Shown: in pieces, positions 26,194 through 40,069 of the stretch
Layout of the letters: each line of letters starts with the position of its first letter
Numbering within the stretch: the stretch's first letter is position 1
NCBI GenBank assembly: GCA_964247055.1
Contig: OZ176051.1
Coordinates: 13,702,001 to 13,766,000 of the forward strand
DNA: 64,000 bases
DNA from: Paragordius varius
Taxonomy: Eukaryota; Animalia; Nematomorpha
Direction of reading: 5' to 3'
Notes under the pieces: generated by a model
What the model saw: only the letters and a program-made list of their open reading frames with translations
What the model was told of the DNA's origin: nothing
Databases searched by the model: none
Program-made: the position numbers and the translations under genes

Positions 26194-27341
26194 GATGGTT
26201 TAATAATATCTCAATAGTTTGAATATTAATGGAGTAATTTTAGATAGATTAAATCTGTTCATCGAATAGGTGCATTAATATGTGTGTAGCATTATTCGTT
26301 TTTTTGAAGGATTCAATATTAAACTATTTCTTTTTTCTCTGGTACGTCATCAACGTGAATGTACATCGAAAAATTCCCCCGAGAATTAAATTGATTGCCT
26401 AAAATATATATATCTATAAATATTTGTTGCAAAATACAGTAAAGACGAATGTTGATGTTAATTTTCGCCCCCAAGAAAATCAATAAAAGTTAATATAAAT
26501 AAATTAAATTAGAGTTTAAAAAGTATTAAAAATATCAAATGTAAAACTGCAGAAGAAAATATTTGGTTATGTTATATGATTTTTGATATTAGATTTCTTT
26601 AAAGAGTTTGGTGAGGTAAAAAATATAATTTTAATTAAAAAGAAAAAGCCATAATGTTAAAAAAATAGGCTAACCTATAATTCACTATTGAATTTTAAAT
26701 TTGCTGCTTTAAAATGAAACAAAAATCTAGGGTTATGTTTAATAATATATGAATATTTATAAGCATTTTTGAAAACCATTAGTGATACTAGAATATTAGC
26801 GAATATACAAAGGGTTAGAATAAATTATAATACAATTTCGCTGAAAGCTGTATAAAAAACGTGCAGCACATATATACATATAATTAAATTAAAAAAAATA
26901 TGCGTAAATAGGATGAAAAAAAATATTAAATATAAATAAATAAAGAAAAATTTTAAATTTATGATTAATTGGAAAATATTTTTATATATATATAAATAGA
27001 TATAGATAATTTTTCATGCACGAAATTAAGAGGAAGAAAAAGGAATATTATTGGAAAGAAAAGTTCACGATTGATGTATGCCTAAAGCGCAAATGTTTGA
27101 AATCTAATCAATTCATCAATAAAATATTTGTTGTCAATTATATTGGTGACCCTTACCGGAACCGTGGTGAAAAAGGATTTATTTTTAAAATAATAATGAT
27201 TTTGTAGTAAAATGCTTGATAATTAAAAGTTTAATTATGTAGTTCAAGTGTTACTATTTTAAAATAAATTATGTTGGCATTACTTACACTGTGTACAAAA
27301 AAAGGGTTAACATAAATTTATTTTTTCATGAGATAGCTTAT

Positions 27342-27636
27342 GACCAGTGAATTCATATGCCGCAAATTTAATAACGACTTAATATTAAAATATAGAAAGA
27401 AAATATTAGGCATAAAAATTAAGGATAATTATGACAAAAAAAATAATAATAAAACTTGAGATATTATGATTTATTAATTTCAGATAATTACAATTCATAA
27501 ATACACTGAAATATATAGTTAGGGTAATGTGACCAAATATTTTAAACTTTGACGCAGTACAAAATTAAAACATACTTTGCCTGTTTACACCATCGATGTG
27601 GTGTATTACACAGTTTCCACAAAAAAGATCCTGATG

Positions 27637-27684
<48 letters not shown>

Positions 27685-29670
27685 TAATAGGAAAATAACA
27701 GGATTATCATGGTGCTTTTGGTTTCAATCTTTCTTTACGAGTTACTAAAGAAATTTAACACTTTTGTGGTAAGTGCTTCGTATATAATTGCAAAAGGTGC
27801 GCAATTTTTTCAAATATATTTTTTTGTGAATTTAAATGCTTTATTACAAAAAATATCATTAAAATATAACATAAACTACATATAAAAAGCAAAACAATAT
27901 TTAAAATTTTAAATTTTTAGAAAGCAAAACAATATTTAAAATCTTATGGGCTCTGAAAGTCCCACATTTTTTGGCCTTTTAATATGGATTGTTTTTTTAA
28001 AATAAAGGCAAAATTCCGACATTGTTTAATAATTTTAACTATATGCTAAATTTTGATATCAACTGACTATATTTTTAAAAAATGGTTAATTAAAAATTTA
28101 ATTTTTAGCAAAATTTTGTTGAAGCATACTTCATACTATTTTGAGCATGATGTATAAACGGTTTAGATGTTATAACACTTTATATATTAAATTCGATAAT
28201 GCTAATTTCATCATCGAATTAATTAGAAAAAGGGTTTAATATATCTTAAAGCGTTATACAGTTTCCATTATGCTTCATAATAGTTAGAAATCTTCAACAA
28301 AAAATCTCCAATTTGTTAATGCAAAAAAATAAGAAAACTAATAAAAATTAAAGTTTGGGAAAAAAATTAAGAAATATCATACCTTCCACTTAATAAATAT
28401 AAACTTAAAAAACTCTTAATTTTTTAATACGAAACAGGTTATTTCAAAATCATACACTATATATAATATTAAATAATATGTTACAGGAATACAATATATA
28501 TAATATTCCTTTGATAATTAAAACAAAAATGAACTTTCTAAACCTGATCAAACATTTACAATTCGAGCAGAAAAAAAATAAAAAAAAGGCCAATTTCTTT
28601 ACAAATTATGGGGTTATTATTACAGAGGGTACTATATTAAATTTTAAATAATTTTTATGAATAAATTAAAAGTAATATATATATTTATAAAAAATTTATT
28701 TTTTTTATAATTTCAAAAAGCAGTACAGAAGTGGGCTCAGTACAGGCGCAATTTTTTTTGAAAACCCAGTACTGTGCTGCAAACAGCCTATCTGGTCACA
28801 TTAAGTTAGGATATTTATTAAAGCTCAGATCAAAAAATCGCGTTTTCCTTTTAACATATTTAAAAACAAAAATCTTTTATGAAATATCAAAATATTTTTT
28901 TTATTTACCTAAACTCACTAATAAAATAAACTTCATATTTTATTCAGTAAAACATATATATCAAAATAAAACTAAAAATCTTTTTATTATTTTTTCATTT
29001 TTTTGTCACTCATAAGTCTATAAAAAAACATATTGTTTTATTTTGGAATCTTACATGAGCGGGAATAAAGTAAATAAAATTAAACAAAATAGGATTTTGA
29101 AGAAGGAAATATCAACCAACAATCTCTACAAATCACTGTTTTAAGACAATTTATTCGGATATGTACGGATTTTATTTCACTACTTTTAATCCTATTTCGT
29201 TTATTTTTATATACTTTGATATTCCCTCTCATGTAAGATTTAAAAATAAAATAATAAACTTTTTATACATTCATAAACCAGACGACAAAATATTGAAAAA
29301 AATAGTATTTTTATTATGATATAAAAATTTTACTGAATAAAATATGAATTTTAATTTAATAGTGTTGCTAGTAAATAATTATAAATATTTTAATAAAGTT
29401 TTATTGAAAAAAAGTACTTTAACTATGTTGAAATAAAAATGCTTTTTTATCTGAGTTCTAAAAATACCTTAACCATATAATTTTAAGCTATTTATATATT
29501 GAAAATATCTCCTAAAATCAAAATAAACCATAATATCTCAACTTTCATAATTTTTGAATTTTCTTTAATTATCTTTAATTTTCACTTTTTGCCCAATTTC
29601 CATTGTCTCTCAATATTTCAATACTAAGTTGTCACAAATTAGAATTTTTGCGGCAAATGAATTCGTTGAT
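27342..29670. mobile_element. Foldback family A copy with ~1.3-kb insertion in its left arm
   Basis: Left end accagtgaattcatatgccgcaaattt, right end tttttgcggcaaatgaattcgttg; 28800-29520 is homologous to 54980-55640. The segment 27500-28790 interrupts the arm and contains family-B-like sequence and (AT)n. Confidence 0.65.
27638..27681. repeat. (AT)n microsatellite
   Basis: Direct sequence. Confidence 0.95.
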
Positions 29671-31324
29671 CATAAGCTTCAAATTAATAAAAAAATTTTC
29701 CACATAGTGTTAGTATCATCAAAATATACTTACTCTAAATTATATTTGTGTATAAATGTTCACATTCAATGAATCTAAAAAATTATACGTTACTTTAGGT
29801 CTCCGGAAAAAAAATTCCATTTTGTAAACTTTTTTTATTAAAAAAATATTTAAGACTGTTTGGATATTTCGTATTTTACGAGTAGACTTTTAAAAAGTAT
29901 TGCCGTTTCAATTAATTTTCCAGTTAGTTTCTCTTAAAAAATTCCATCATCGTTTGAACAGATTAATCTAGTTATGTTAACGTGGTTAACTTATTGACAA
30001 TTTTAAGGCCAAAAACGATAGAATTAGTTTCTAAATGCCTTTTTTGACACCTGATATACAACACCCACTTTATTGTAAGCCACTTTCACATTATTTTTGG
30101 CCAATTGGCATACTAAATGGTTGCAGATTTATCCTTCTGTAGCTTACGTTTGGCCCATCTTGGACCTTGTTAACATAAAATACGTTACTTATTTTAAATA
30201 TGACTTAAACTTTATGATTATATAATCATTGTACCTTAACGCACTTCTTCTATTGTACAACAAAAAACATACATTAATACCATGCAATATTCTGAAATAT
30301 AATTATATGGTGAATTGCTTTAGCATACGAGTCATTTAAGGTTTTCACTTTTGTGGTAAAAATCAAAAATTTAGTGCAAATTGATGATTTTTTTGGTAAA
30401 AGCTAATTAAGGTAAATTTAATATAATAAATAAGATTTAATTAATAAGATTTTAATTTAAAATATTGGTCGTTAAAAGTCTCAAAATTTCGGGTCAATTT
30501 TAAATAAAATAGAAAAGAATTCGATATTGCGCAATAAAAATTTTAATATATATAGTCAATATCTTGATAAAATATATATTTTCATAATTAAAAATGCATC
30601 AGGATTAAAGTATTACTTTTTGGGCATCATGGGTGAATTGTAAACAATATTTACACTCTTGTGCAATTGCATATCGAAAAATCGCGAAATTCATACCAAT
30701 TAGCTTCCTCAAAAAATACATTAAAATATAGTTATAAATTGTAGGCAAAATTTTAGGTGTGAAGAAATGGTTTGTTTTCAGAAAAATACTTAGTTCATAG
30801 AGAAATGCTACTTTGGTTATAAAAATTTCTGGAAATTTATATTGAAGCTTATCAGATTTTTAGTGGAAGGGATATAAAACTTAAACATTATTCTCTGTCA
30901 TTAAATGACGCTGAACATTCCAACTTGTGCATCTGGCAACTTTAGTAGATATAAAACACATTTTAGCTTATAAAAGTTCAGAGGTGATAATATTCAGTAT
31001 AACAAAATATATATTAATATATATATAAATATAATATACGTGTATCCTACCAATTATCTTTTGACTTTATATAATTATCTATTGACCCTATATAAATGAC
31101 CTTTGTTTGTATTAACTACACATATACATATATAGCATATGCGGCACAATTTATATTGCGAAAGATATTAAATTTCTATAATAAATATACACGTCTCATT
31201 TAGGGTGGTAGTTTTTTATCTTTTTTTTGTCGCGATGATTTGAATATTGAACCGTACAATATAGTAACAGTTTTGACATAAATTATATACGTCGTATTTA
31301 ATTATAAATAACATTACCTTAGAT

Positions 31325-33352
31325 GAGTGGTACTCACCAAAAAAATTTGGGCCAAATAAAATATATTTTTTTTTCGAGGGCCATGAAGCTTATAATGGCT
31401 ACTATTCCATAGGTATTTGACACATATGATATATTTATATTCTAAATCAGCACAATGAATTTTTTGCTGATCGTATGTAAATCCAGCTAAAAACTCGTTT
31501 TGCACCATTTAGTTTAAAAAATTAAAATATTTTGATAACAACATTTATTTTGATATTGACCAATAATTTTTGATAAATTTGGTTTCGCCTCATGACAAAC
31601 CAATCTTAATACGTCGTCCATATGATCATCGGTTAAGCGATTTCTGTATGTATTCTTGACATACTTCATTTTTGAATATGCCGTCTCACACGTGTTATTT
31701 GAGGGAAAACAGTTAGGATACCTTGAGCACATTTTTTTATATTTTCATATTTACTTGGCAATCTTGCCAGAACTCTACATATCTTTCATCTCTACGATTT
31801 TCCATAAATATAACCCTTGGAATCATTTTTAAAATATACAATTCCTCAATGATATCCGCCTGATCAAAACCGAAATGCTCAAGTTGCTTAATATTGCATA
31901 TATCCATATACCATGGATTTTCAACGAATTTTAAGCAATTTTTAATATTTGTTAATTCTTGAAATCTGAATTTCATGTCATTAAATAAAAATGTTAAATG
32001 ATTATCTATTATTTAATTAATCTCGGCGGTAAATTCCATATTTTCTTGATAAATCGTTTTAAGTGTTGGAAAATATAGCAGTGTTTTATATATAAAATCT
32101 TGTCTATACATTATTAATTTTTCTTAAAAAGCAAATATTTGATTAGCAAATTGGGTTATTATTTTGCACCCTTGAAGACTTGTATTAAAAATAAGTTTAT
32201 AAGTAATGTCGCAAAGATAGGCTAAAACAGTTGATACTATTTTACTCGACAAATTCTGTTAGCTTTTATAAATAATAGAATTTTATGCCTTAACACAAAA
32301 AAATTTAATAGCTTGGCCATGCGATGTACAAAATAATATCATCAAACTCACTGTGGATATCTTTCAGAAGGGGAAACGGCGGTTGAATTCTCTGCCATGG
32401 ATGTGGTTAACTATATCTCCAACCGTTTTAATTACTGAATTGAGGTCATCTTTCACACGCGAAACAAGTTTTGCTGATGAATAAAGCAGTGAAAGGATAA
32501 AATATGAAAATTATCTTTGTTTGAGCCATTTTTTTCAATATATCATTATTTTGAAAAAAGTTTCGATAAAATCATTTCCTTTCGTGGTATCATTGGTAGA
32601 AATTTAAATATTCCTCGTTGATTATGTTTTCGTTGAAAATCTCACGAAGCGCACATTGAGGTGCTAACAAATATCAGTGAATCAATAGAAATACTAAAAT
32701 TGCTCAGAGCCAATAATGTATTGTTAAAAATATATATAGACATATCTTCAATGGTCGAGCACATGTTGAATCAGTAAGTTGAAGTTGCTTAATTTGCCTC
32801 ATGATTTGATATTTATTATGGAATTTATCAAATAAAAGTGCAACCATTTCAAATTCTTTTATTAGTTGGGAATCAGTAAACTGTTTCATGTTTTTTCCTA
32901 AAATATAGCAAATTTCATCGCTAATGTTATCCTGGGAGAACTATAGACATATAAGATTTTTCTTTCTGGTATAAATTCCTTAATCTTTTTATATTTTTCG
33001 TTTCTTTCCTCATGATTTTCTAATAATTTATGAGAATATGGGATTGTAAAATGTCTTGCAATATTGTATTTTTTTATAATTATGTTGTCCTTACACATAA
33101 GGCAGGTAACAACATCTTTATTTAAAGCGATAAATTTTTATCCCATTCTTTTTTAAAGGAGCGATTTTCATCGATTTATGTTTTTTAGCATTAGATGTCA
33201 TCCTTTGAATTTATGTTTAAAAATTATGCAAATATTTTCAAATAAATAGGAATATAATTTGAACTATGCTATAAAAAACAGGTCGAAATTTAATGATGTT
33301 GATTTAAAAAATATTTTATGGGAATGAGTTACAAAAGATGATCCATAAAATA
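31325..33352 (-). mobile_element. Second decayed copy of the Charlie/GTF2IRD2-like hAT
   Basis: Reverse-complement homology to 2325-4363; terminal gagtggtactcacc; ORF fragments include [33 protein letters not shown] (hAT C-terminal motif). Confidence 0.82.
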
Positions 33353-33360
33353 TGCTAGAA

Positions 33361-33653
33361 CAGTGGTCAAAGGGGGACAACACCCAGCAGTGGGTATAGA
33401 AAATCTAGGGGGACGCGAGAATTAAATAATAACTAGAAATAAACTAAAGGTTAATGAGAATCTCAGGTGCAAATAATCAAGATTTATCCCGATAAAGAAA
33501 AAATGTTTTAAAGTCAGATTCAAAGATTCTATTATAATTTTAATAATAATAAAAATTTTGCTTTTTATCTTTGTTTTTGGAGAAAGGGGGAAAGGGCGCA
33601 AAATTTTTTTTAAATTTGGCGGGGCGTGAACAAAAAAAGGTTGAGTATACCTG
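33361..33653. mobile_element. hAT MITE (293 bp)
   Basis: Ends CAGTGGTCAAA...GGTTGAGTATACCTG; TSD tgctagaa/tgctggta (6/8 identical, close to the NTCTAGAN preference of Charlie-type hATs). Confidence 0.65.
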
Positions 33654-33760
33654 TGCTGGTATCAAAAAATAATTTTTTTCGAATTTCATAACCTTAATTT
33701 ATTTTTTTCAATATTTTTTTGACTTCATGCTATTAAAAATGGAAACGGTAGAAAAAGGAA

Positions 33761-35315
33761 TCTATATATTTGTAAAAATGGAAAATGCTGGCTTTGTGAT
33801 CTGGTACCGAAAAACCGGTAGACCCATTCAAATCCAAACTTCGAAAAAACATAATCATTAATGAATGCCCCGACAATAGCTTTGCCCGTTTTTTGAAATA
33901 GGCCGCCAGTTCGGGCCCACCCCGTGTGAAAAACGGGTTTTATTGAAAACAGAAGTCCATAAAAATCGTGTCTTTGAGACAATTTTCTGGAGAACGTGTT
34001 GGACCATTTAATTTCAAATATGATTTTTGTTTACTTATTTTCAATTGAGCCGAACATAGTCGTCTCGCTTTTTTGATTTAGGTCCTCTTTTTACCCGCTA
34101 TCCCCGTAAAATGCCATTTTTTCAAAAAACAAAGTCCACAAAAATAATTTTTTAAATCTATTTTTCGCCCTAGGTATGAGACCGTATAAATTCAATATGG
34201 ATTCCACGTATTCCCTGTTAAAAGGCCAAAATTTTAGTCAAGCGTTTCTTTGATGATAGCTGCTGGGTAAGGAGCTACCCGCTAAAAACAGATTCCTCAT
34301 GTAACCTTGTGATCTGTTTCCGGAAAACCGGTTAACCCAATCAAATCCAAATATCGAAAAAATATAATCATTAATAAATGTCCCGACAATAGCTTCGCCC
34401 TTTTTTGGAATTAGGTCCTCAGTTCGGGCCTACCCCGTGTGAAAAATGGGTTAAGTCAATATTTTGGACAATGTGTTGGACCATTCATTTTCAAATATGA
34501 TTTTTATTCACTTATTTTTGATCGCGCAGAACATAGTCGAGTCACTTTTTTGATTTAGGCCCTCTTTTTACCCGCTACCCCCGTAAAATGCCATTTTTTT
34601 TCACAAAAATAATTTTTTGATTGTATTTTTTTGCCCAAGGTGTGAGACTGTAAAAATTCAATAAGGATTTTTCGTATTCCCTGTTAAAAGGCAAAAATTG
34701 TAGTCAAGCGTTTCTTTGATGATAGCTGCTGAGTAAGGAGTTACCCGCTATAAACAGATTCCTCATGTAACTTTGTGATCTGTTTCCGGAAAACCGGTGA
34801 ATTCAATCAAATCCAAATATCGAAAAAATATTATCATTAATAAATGTCCCGACAATAGCTTCGCCCTTTTTTTGAAATATGCCCCCAGTTCGGGCCCACC
34901 CTGTGTGAAAAACGGGTTTTTTTTTAAGACAGAAGTCCAAAATCGTGTCTTTGAGACAATTTTCTGGAGAAAGTGTTGGACCATTTAATTTTAAATATGA
35001 TTTTTGTTAACTTATTTTCGATTGCGCCGAACATAGTCGTCTCGCTTTTTTAATTTACGCTCCTCCCGTAAAATGCCATTTTTTTCAAAAAACAAAATCC
35101 ACAAAAATAATTTTTTAAATCAATATTTCCCCCAAGTAAACAATATATTATATGAATGCACCGTTTTAAAATTCATATAAAATCATATCTATTTAATAAT
35201 GTTTCGAAATAATCCACATATGTGGATCATTTTATTGTCCCTTATTTCAAATAGCCCCCTCCCCCCCTAAGTCCGAAGGTCCTCGGGCTGCGTAGCAGCA
35301 CGAGATTTACGCTAG
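33761..35315 (+). mobile_element. Non-autonomous Helitron, complete (1555 bp), with ~500-bp internal triplication
   Basis: A|TCTATATATTTG...GCTGCGTAGCAGCACGAGATTTACGCTAG|T; the marker (c)cggaaaaccggt recurs at about 33806, 34320 and 34786. Confidence 0.9.
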
Positions 35316-36929
35316 TTAAATATAAAAATACATTTTCTATGTAATGGAGTTCATATCACCTCAGAATTTTGTGCAAATGTTAATAATCGAATTGTATTGA
35401 AAAAATGTGTATATAACATCTTTGAAATTGTTTATACCGTTTTTATCATGTAGCATGCACGCTTGAACAAAATTTGTCTAGATGTCATATACCATAAACT
35501 AAAAATTCTTAGCGCAATATTTCGGCAGTTTTGCCTTCATAGGAGCGCTAGTCAATTTTAAAGTGCAAAAATTTGGGATATTCGGAACCCATATAACTAA
35601 AATACTTTAGATATTGCTGTGCTTTTTAATTTAGGATAATTTTAATATTTTTGAATAAAGCATTTAACTCTAACCAAAAAAATATAGCAAAATGTGTTCA
35701 AATTTTTGATTTTTTGATATGGTGTATTTACTATAAAAATGTGATATTTTCAACATTTGAAGCTCAAAACCAAAATAAGAATTCCACATTTATCCATCAG
35801 CTACAACTAATGGATCTTCAGATTGAAGTGAATTGATATAAATCATATGCATTAGGGTTCCAGATAAGTAAATAAGACTTGTTTTTTCATTTACTTAATA
35901 TTATCATATATATGTTATATAAATCACAAAAGTCTGTTATGTCGTAAAAAAGGGTAGAAATAAAACTGATATGACAAATAATAAAGTTTAAGCAGAGTAA
36001 TATATAGAAAGATAGATAGAGACGGTTAAATGGGTGAAAAAATTTACTTGAAGGTTTCATGGATAGAGTATTATGGGGTTATATTTTCGCGATATGATCA
36101 GATGTGTATCCTATATCGTAACAATGCGTAATTGTTATATTTAATACCTTTATATTTTTTATAAAAAACATAGCTGTTTATTATATGTTATATAGATTAG
36201 AGTTTCCATGAGGATTTAAATCAGGTTGATCTTGAAAATTGAAAATAATCAGATTTCAAGTGGTTCTGGTTTGTGGATTGAAAAAAATTCCCAAACGATT
36301 TCAAAAAATTATAATAGGTTTCAATTTTAGCTTATGGTATATAAAGTAGTAATGATTTAGAGGGGTAAAAGCAAATAAATATATATAGAAAAATTTCTAA
36401 AATTATATTTTTCATCTTTAAAAAGTGTAAATAAATTTCATATTAAAATATTCCTTTTATTTATAAAAATTATAAATAAAATTTTAAATTCTGGATTAAT
36501 AAACAACAAATTTGAATGAAACAAGCTAATAAATTAAAGTATAAATTTTAAATTACCATATTAATGTATATATTATAACATAATACCAATAATTATACTT
36601 GTTAGAATTTTAAAATGGAGGCAGATTAAGTAAAAATATTTTTAAAAAAAGGCAATGAATAACAGGATATAGAAAAATTTTATTGGCCGAAAATACAAAT
36701 AATTCTTTGTTTGTAAATATTCAAATTTAAATTTAGTAAATATTTTTGATACAAGTAGGAAAAATAAAATACTATGTTTATCACATGGTAAGAATTTTTC
36801 CGCGATACTATAAAGTAGAACATTTAAAAGTATATATTAAAATTATAAAGGATCCTAGCAATGCTTAAAACATCTCATATTTTTAACCAGGATTTCGAAT
36901 GCATTGTGCAATATCCTTTTATCGCTTAA

Positions 36930-38936
36930 CTAGCGTAAATCTCGTGCTGCTACGCAGCCAGAGGAAGTCCTTCGGACTTCTCGGGGGAAGGGGGGATTAT
37001 TTGAAAAAAGGGACAATAAAATGATCCACATATGTGGATTATTTCGAAACATTACATACTAATATAATGTTTACTTGGGGGAAAAATAGATTTAAAAAAT
37101 TATTTTTGTGGACTTTGTTTTTTGAAATTAATGCAACACATTATCCGGAAAACTGTCTTAACCTGTTTTGTAGAGGGGGTAGGCCCGAACTGGAGGCCTA
37201 ATTCAAAAAAAGGCGAAGCTATTGTCGAGTAATGATTATATTTTTTCGATATTTGGATTTATTGGGTTCACCGGTTTTCCAAAACAGATCACAAAGCCAC
37301 ATGATGAATCGGTTTTTAGCGGCCAGCAGCTATCATCAAAGAAACGCTTGACTAAAATTTTTGACTTTTATCAGGGAATACGAGGAATCCATATAGAATT
37401 TTTATCTCATACCTAGGGCGAAAAATAGATTTAAAAAGTTATTTTTGTGGACTTTGTTTTTTGAAAAAAATGGCATTTTACGGGGGGAGGGGGTAAAAAG
37501 AGGGCGTAAATTAAAAAAGCGAGACTATGTTCGGCGCATTCGAAATAAGTAAACAAAAATCATATTTGAAATTGAATGATCCAACACGTTCACCGGAAAA
37601 TTCTCTCAAAGACACGATTTTTGTGGACGTCTGTTTTCAAAAAAAACCATTTTTCACACGGGGTGGGCCCTAACTGGGGGCTTATTTTAAAAAACGGGCA
37701 AGATATTGTCGGGGCATTCATTAATGATTATATTTTTTCGATATTTGTATTTGAATGGGTGTACCGGTTTTCCGGTACCAGATCACAAAGCCAGCATTTT
37801 CCATTTTTATAAATATATAGATTACCATAAATAATGTTTTATTATCCATATATTTGTTAACATCCTATACATGTGATAGATACTCCTTACTCAGCAGCTA
37901 TCATCAAAGAAACGCTTGACTAAAATTTGTGCCTTTTAACAGGAAATACGTGAAATCTATATTGAATTTTTACTGTCTCATAACTAGGGTGAAAAATAGA
38001 TTTAAAAAATTATTTTTGTGGACCTTGTTTTTTGAAAAAAATGGCATTTTACGCGGGTAGCGGGTAAAAAGAGGACCTAAATCAAAAAGGTGAGTCGACT
38101 ATGTTCGGCGCGATCAAAAATAAGTAAACAAAAATCATATTTGAAATTGAATGGTCCAACATGTTCTCCGGAAAATTGTCTTAACCTGTTTTTTACACGG
38201 GGTAGGCCCAAACTGGGGGCCTATTTCAAAAAAAGGGCGAAGCTATTGTCGAGGCATTCATTAATGATTATATTTTTTCGATGTTTGGATTTGGATGGGT
38301 CTCCCGGTTTTCCGGTACCAGATCACAAAGCCAGCATTTTCCATTTTATGAATATATAGATATAGATTACCATAAATAATGTTTTATTATCCATAGATCT
38401 TTTAACATCCTATACATATGATAAATACTCCTTCCTCAGCAGCTATCATCAAAGAAACGCTTGAGTAAAATTTTTGCCTTTTAACAGGAAATACGTGAAA
38501 TCCATATTGAATTTTTACGGTCTCATACCTAGGCCAAAAATAGATTTAAAAAATTATTTTTGTGGACTTTGTTTTTTGAATAAAATGGCATTTTACGGGG
38601 GGAGCGGGTAAAAAGAGGGCCTAAATAAAAAAAGCGAGACGACTATGTTCGGCGCAATCGAAAATAAGTAAACAAAAATCATATTTGAAATTGAATGATC
38701 CAACAAGTTCACCGGAAAATTGTCTCAAAGACACGATTTTTGTGGACTTGTTTTCAAAAAAAACCCATTTTTCACACGGGGTGGGCCCTAACTGGGGGCC
38801 TATTTCAAAAAACGGGCGAAGCTATTGTCGGGGCATTCATGATTATAATTTTTCGATGTTTAGATTTGAATGGGTCTACCGGTTTTCAGGTACCAGATCA
38901 CAAAGCCAGCATTTTCCATTTTTATAAATATACAGA
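36930..38936 (-). mobile_element. Head-to-tail Helitron array: one 3' end and three 5' ends
   Basis: 3' CTAG|T at 36930 with both hairpins intact; 5' TC(T/G)TATAT termini at 37821, about 38360-38366 and 38936; units of about 540-575 bp. Confidence 0.88.
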
Positions 38937-40069
38937 TTAAAACTAACGTTCGAAAAATAAATATAATTAAATAAACACATCCCCTAAAACCACTGATGAA
39001 ATGTATACTTTTTCGTTAAAATATTATATCAATACTAATAAGATAGCAGAAATCAAAATTATATTCACTTCTGAGGTAATAGCTATTAATAGTAAAATTT
39101 TAGCACAATTTATAAACACATTCTTATAATCTAAAGACCTCATTCCAGAAAATATAACAAACAATAATATGCTATATTTAAGGCAAATTTATTATGAAAA
39201 ATGAATATTAAATCCCAAGGTTTAAAATTTTAACCCTTCATTTAAATAAACGCCAAATTGTTCAGTGTGTGCAATAATTTTCAATATACACAGTGCTCCC
39301 ATCTGATAGAATATATATGATAGGTAAATGTATTAGGAATGCCATGCTTTTGGTTTTTAAACTTACGAGAAATATAAAGTTATTATGGTATCCGCTCGAT
39401 ATCAAAAAATCACAAAACTATCGCACATAATAGTTGATTTAAAAAAGTTTGGCAAAAGCTAAATCTTCATTCTGAAAATATTTTTAATATGATATACTAT
39501 ATATAAAAGGCAAACATTTTTTATAATTTTAAAGAAATAGATATATACCCCGAAAATCTTTGGTCTTTTCTTTCTTTTAAACGACTTGCATGAAATTTTT
39601 AGATTTTGCAATATAAATTATAAATATATGCTATATTTAACACTTCATTAACTTTTCACTTTTTTGTCCTAGTTTAACTTTTGGCTTAGTATATTTCAGA
39701 GATCAACTTTGTAAATAAATTACAGTTTAAAAGTTATTTAATTAAAATTAGTTTTAATCATTGTTCTCAAGTAATATATTAAAAACTTATATTTTTTGCT
39801 TTGTGAATTCTAACTAAAATTGAAACACCTAAATACGATTGAAACGAAGAGCTGATATTAAAATATAAGTATATCAATTTTTTCTGGTAAAATATAGCCT
39901 GAAAGCTTTATAAAGTAATATCTTTACTTTTTACGGATAATGGTATACCTACCTTACTCTTATCTACTTTCTACCAAAAACATTAATTTTATACCTTCTC
40001 CAAACATTCTTGAAATTATATTCTATTCCTTACATATCCTCAATAATTTTCATTGGACCACTTTCTAGG

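Noticed and set aside
31060-31110. Clustered TGAC(C/T)(T/C) nuclear-receptor-like half-sites upstream of DGK
   Set aside because: Short motifs about 5 kb from the first coding exon with non-standard spacing; unsupported without conservation or binding data.
18766-38936. Regularly spaced repeats as a possible CRISPR array
   Set aside because: Units are 300-570 bp and fully homologous, without short repeats plus unique spacers; the context is eukaryotic and has no cas genes.
5854-38940. Many 60-110 aa ORFs from the track (e.g. 5854-6186, 6851-7090, 14420-14620, 19590-19814, 33725-33982, 37576-37812, 38090-38359, 38685-38927)
   Set aside because: All lie inside non-autonomous Helitron copies. 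They resemble each other only because the DNA repeats, frames are not preserved between copies, and no RepHel motifs are present.
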